From assembly GCF_006345805.1 (NCBI RefSeq), contig NW_021833060.1, positions 21,200-85,199 of the forward strand: 64,000 nucleotides of DNA, read 5' to 3'. The notes under the pieces were generated by a model, which was not told the DNA's origin, did no database searches, and worked only from the letters and a program-made list of their open reading frames with translations. This document shows, one piece after another, positions 63,694-64,000 of the stretch; positions within the stretch are counted from its first letter, which is position 1; the number at the start of each line of letters is the position of its first letter. The stretch comes from Octopus sinensis (taxonomy: Eukaryota). Position numbers and translations under genes: made by a program.

Positions 63694-63719
63694 TATATAT
63701 ATATTATATATATATATAT

Positions 63720-64000
63720 TTTATTCTTTTATTTGTTTCAGTCATTTGACTCTGGTCATGCTGGGGCACCATCTTTAATCAAACACATCAACCCCAGCAC
63801 TCACTCTTTGTAAGCCTAGTACTTATTCTACCAGACTCTTTTGCTGAACTGCTAAGTTACAAGAACAAAAACACACCAGCATTAGTTGCCAAGCAATGGG
63901 TGGGGAGACAAACACAGACACACAAATAAATACACACACACATATATACAATAGGCTTCTTTCAGTTTCCATATGCCAAATTCACTCATAAGGCTTTGGT
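63720..64000 (-). mobile_element. SINE family A, running off the window end
   Basis: Family match. Confidence 0.75.

Overview
AT-rich, microsatellite- and transposon-dense eukaryotic DNA. The repeat families look like those of an octopus or other coleoid cephalopod; this is inference from recognition, not a search. One host gene is well supported: a minus-strand six-transmembrane glycerophosphodiester phosphodiesterase (GDPD5/GDE2-like; subfamily GDPD2/4/5). I traced seven GT-AG coding exons (33864-33761, 23570-23474, 18725-18567, 17085-16992, 14063-13918, 7203-7121, 3990-3840). They splice in frame to 278 codons covering five TM helices and the start of the catalytic domain (AHRG, ESD, LHD). 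I did not find its first coding exon or its 3' exons. The rest is intronic or intergenic mobile DNA: RTE LINEs, restriction-like-endonuclease (R4/Dong-type) LINE fragments, Penelope-like elements, Tc1 and mariner relics, hAT and TTAA-type MITEs, a Gypsy LTR with PBS, a probable Helentron-type element, and at least three tRNA-headed SINE families. The most notable observations are an apparently intact minimal type-I hammerhead ribozyme at 59977-60019 (-) with several decayed relatives, a ~690-bp near-perfect palindrome (56742-57430), a 270-bp fold-back element, a three-layer SINE/hAT/RTE nest, and a head-to-tail SINE array. I found no prokaryotic features, CRISPR arrays, rRNA or true tRNA genes, and no clearly new multi-gene system. 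Repeat boundaries are approximate unless TIRs or TSDs are quoted.
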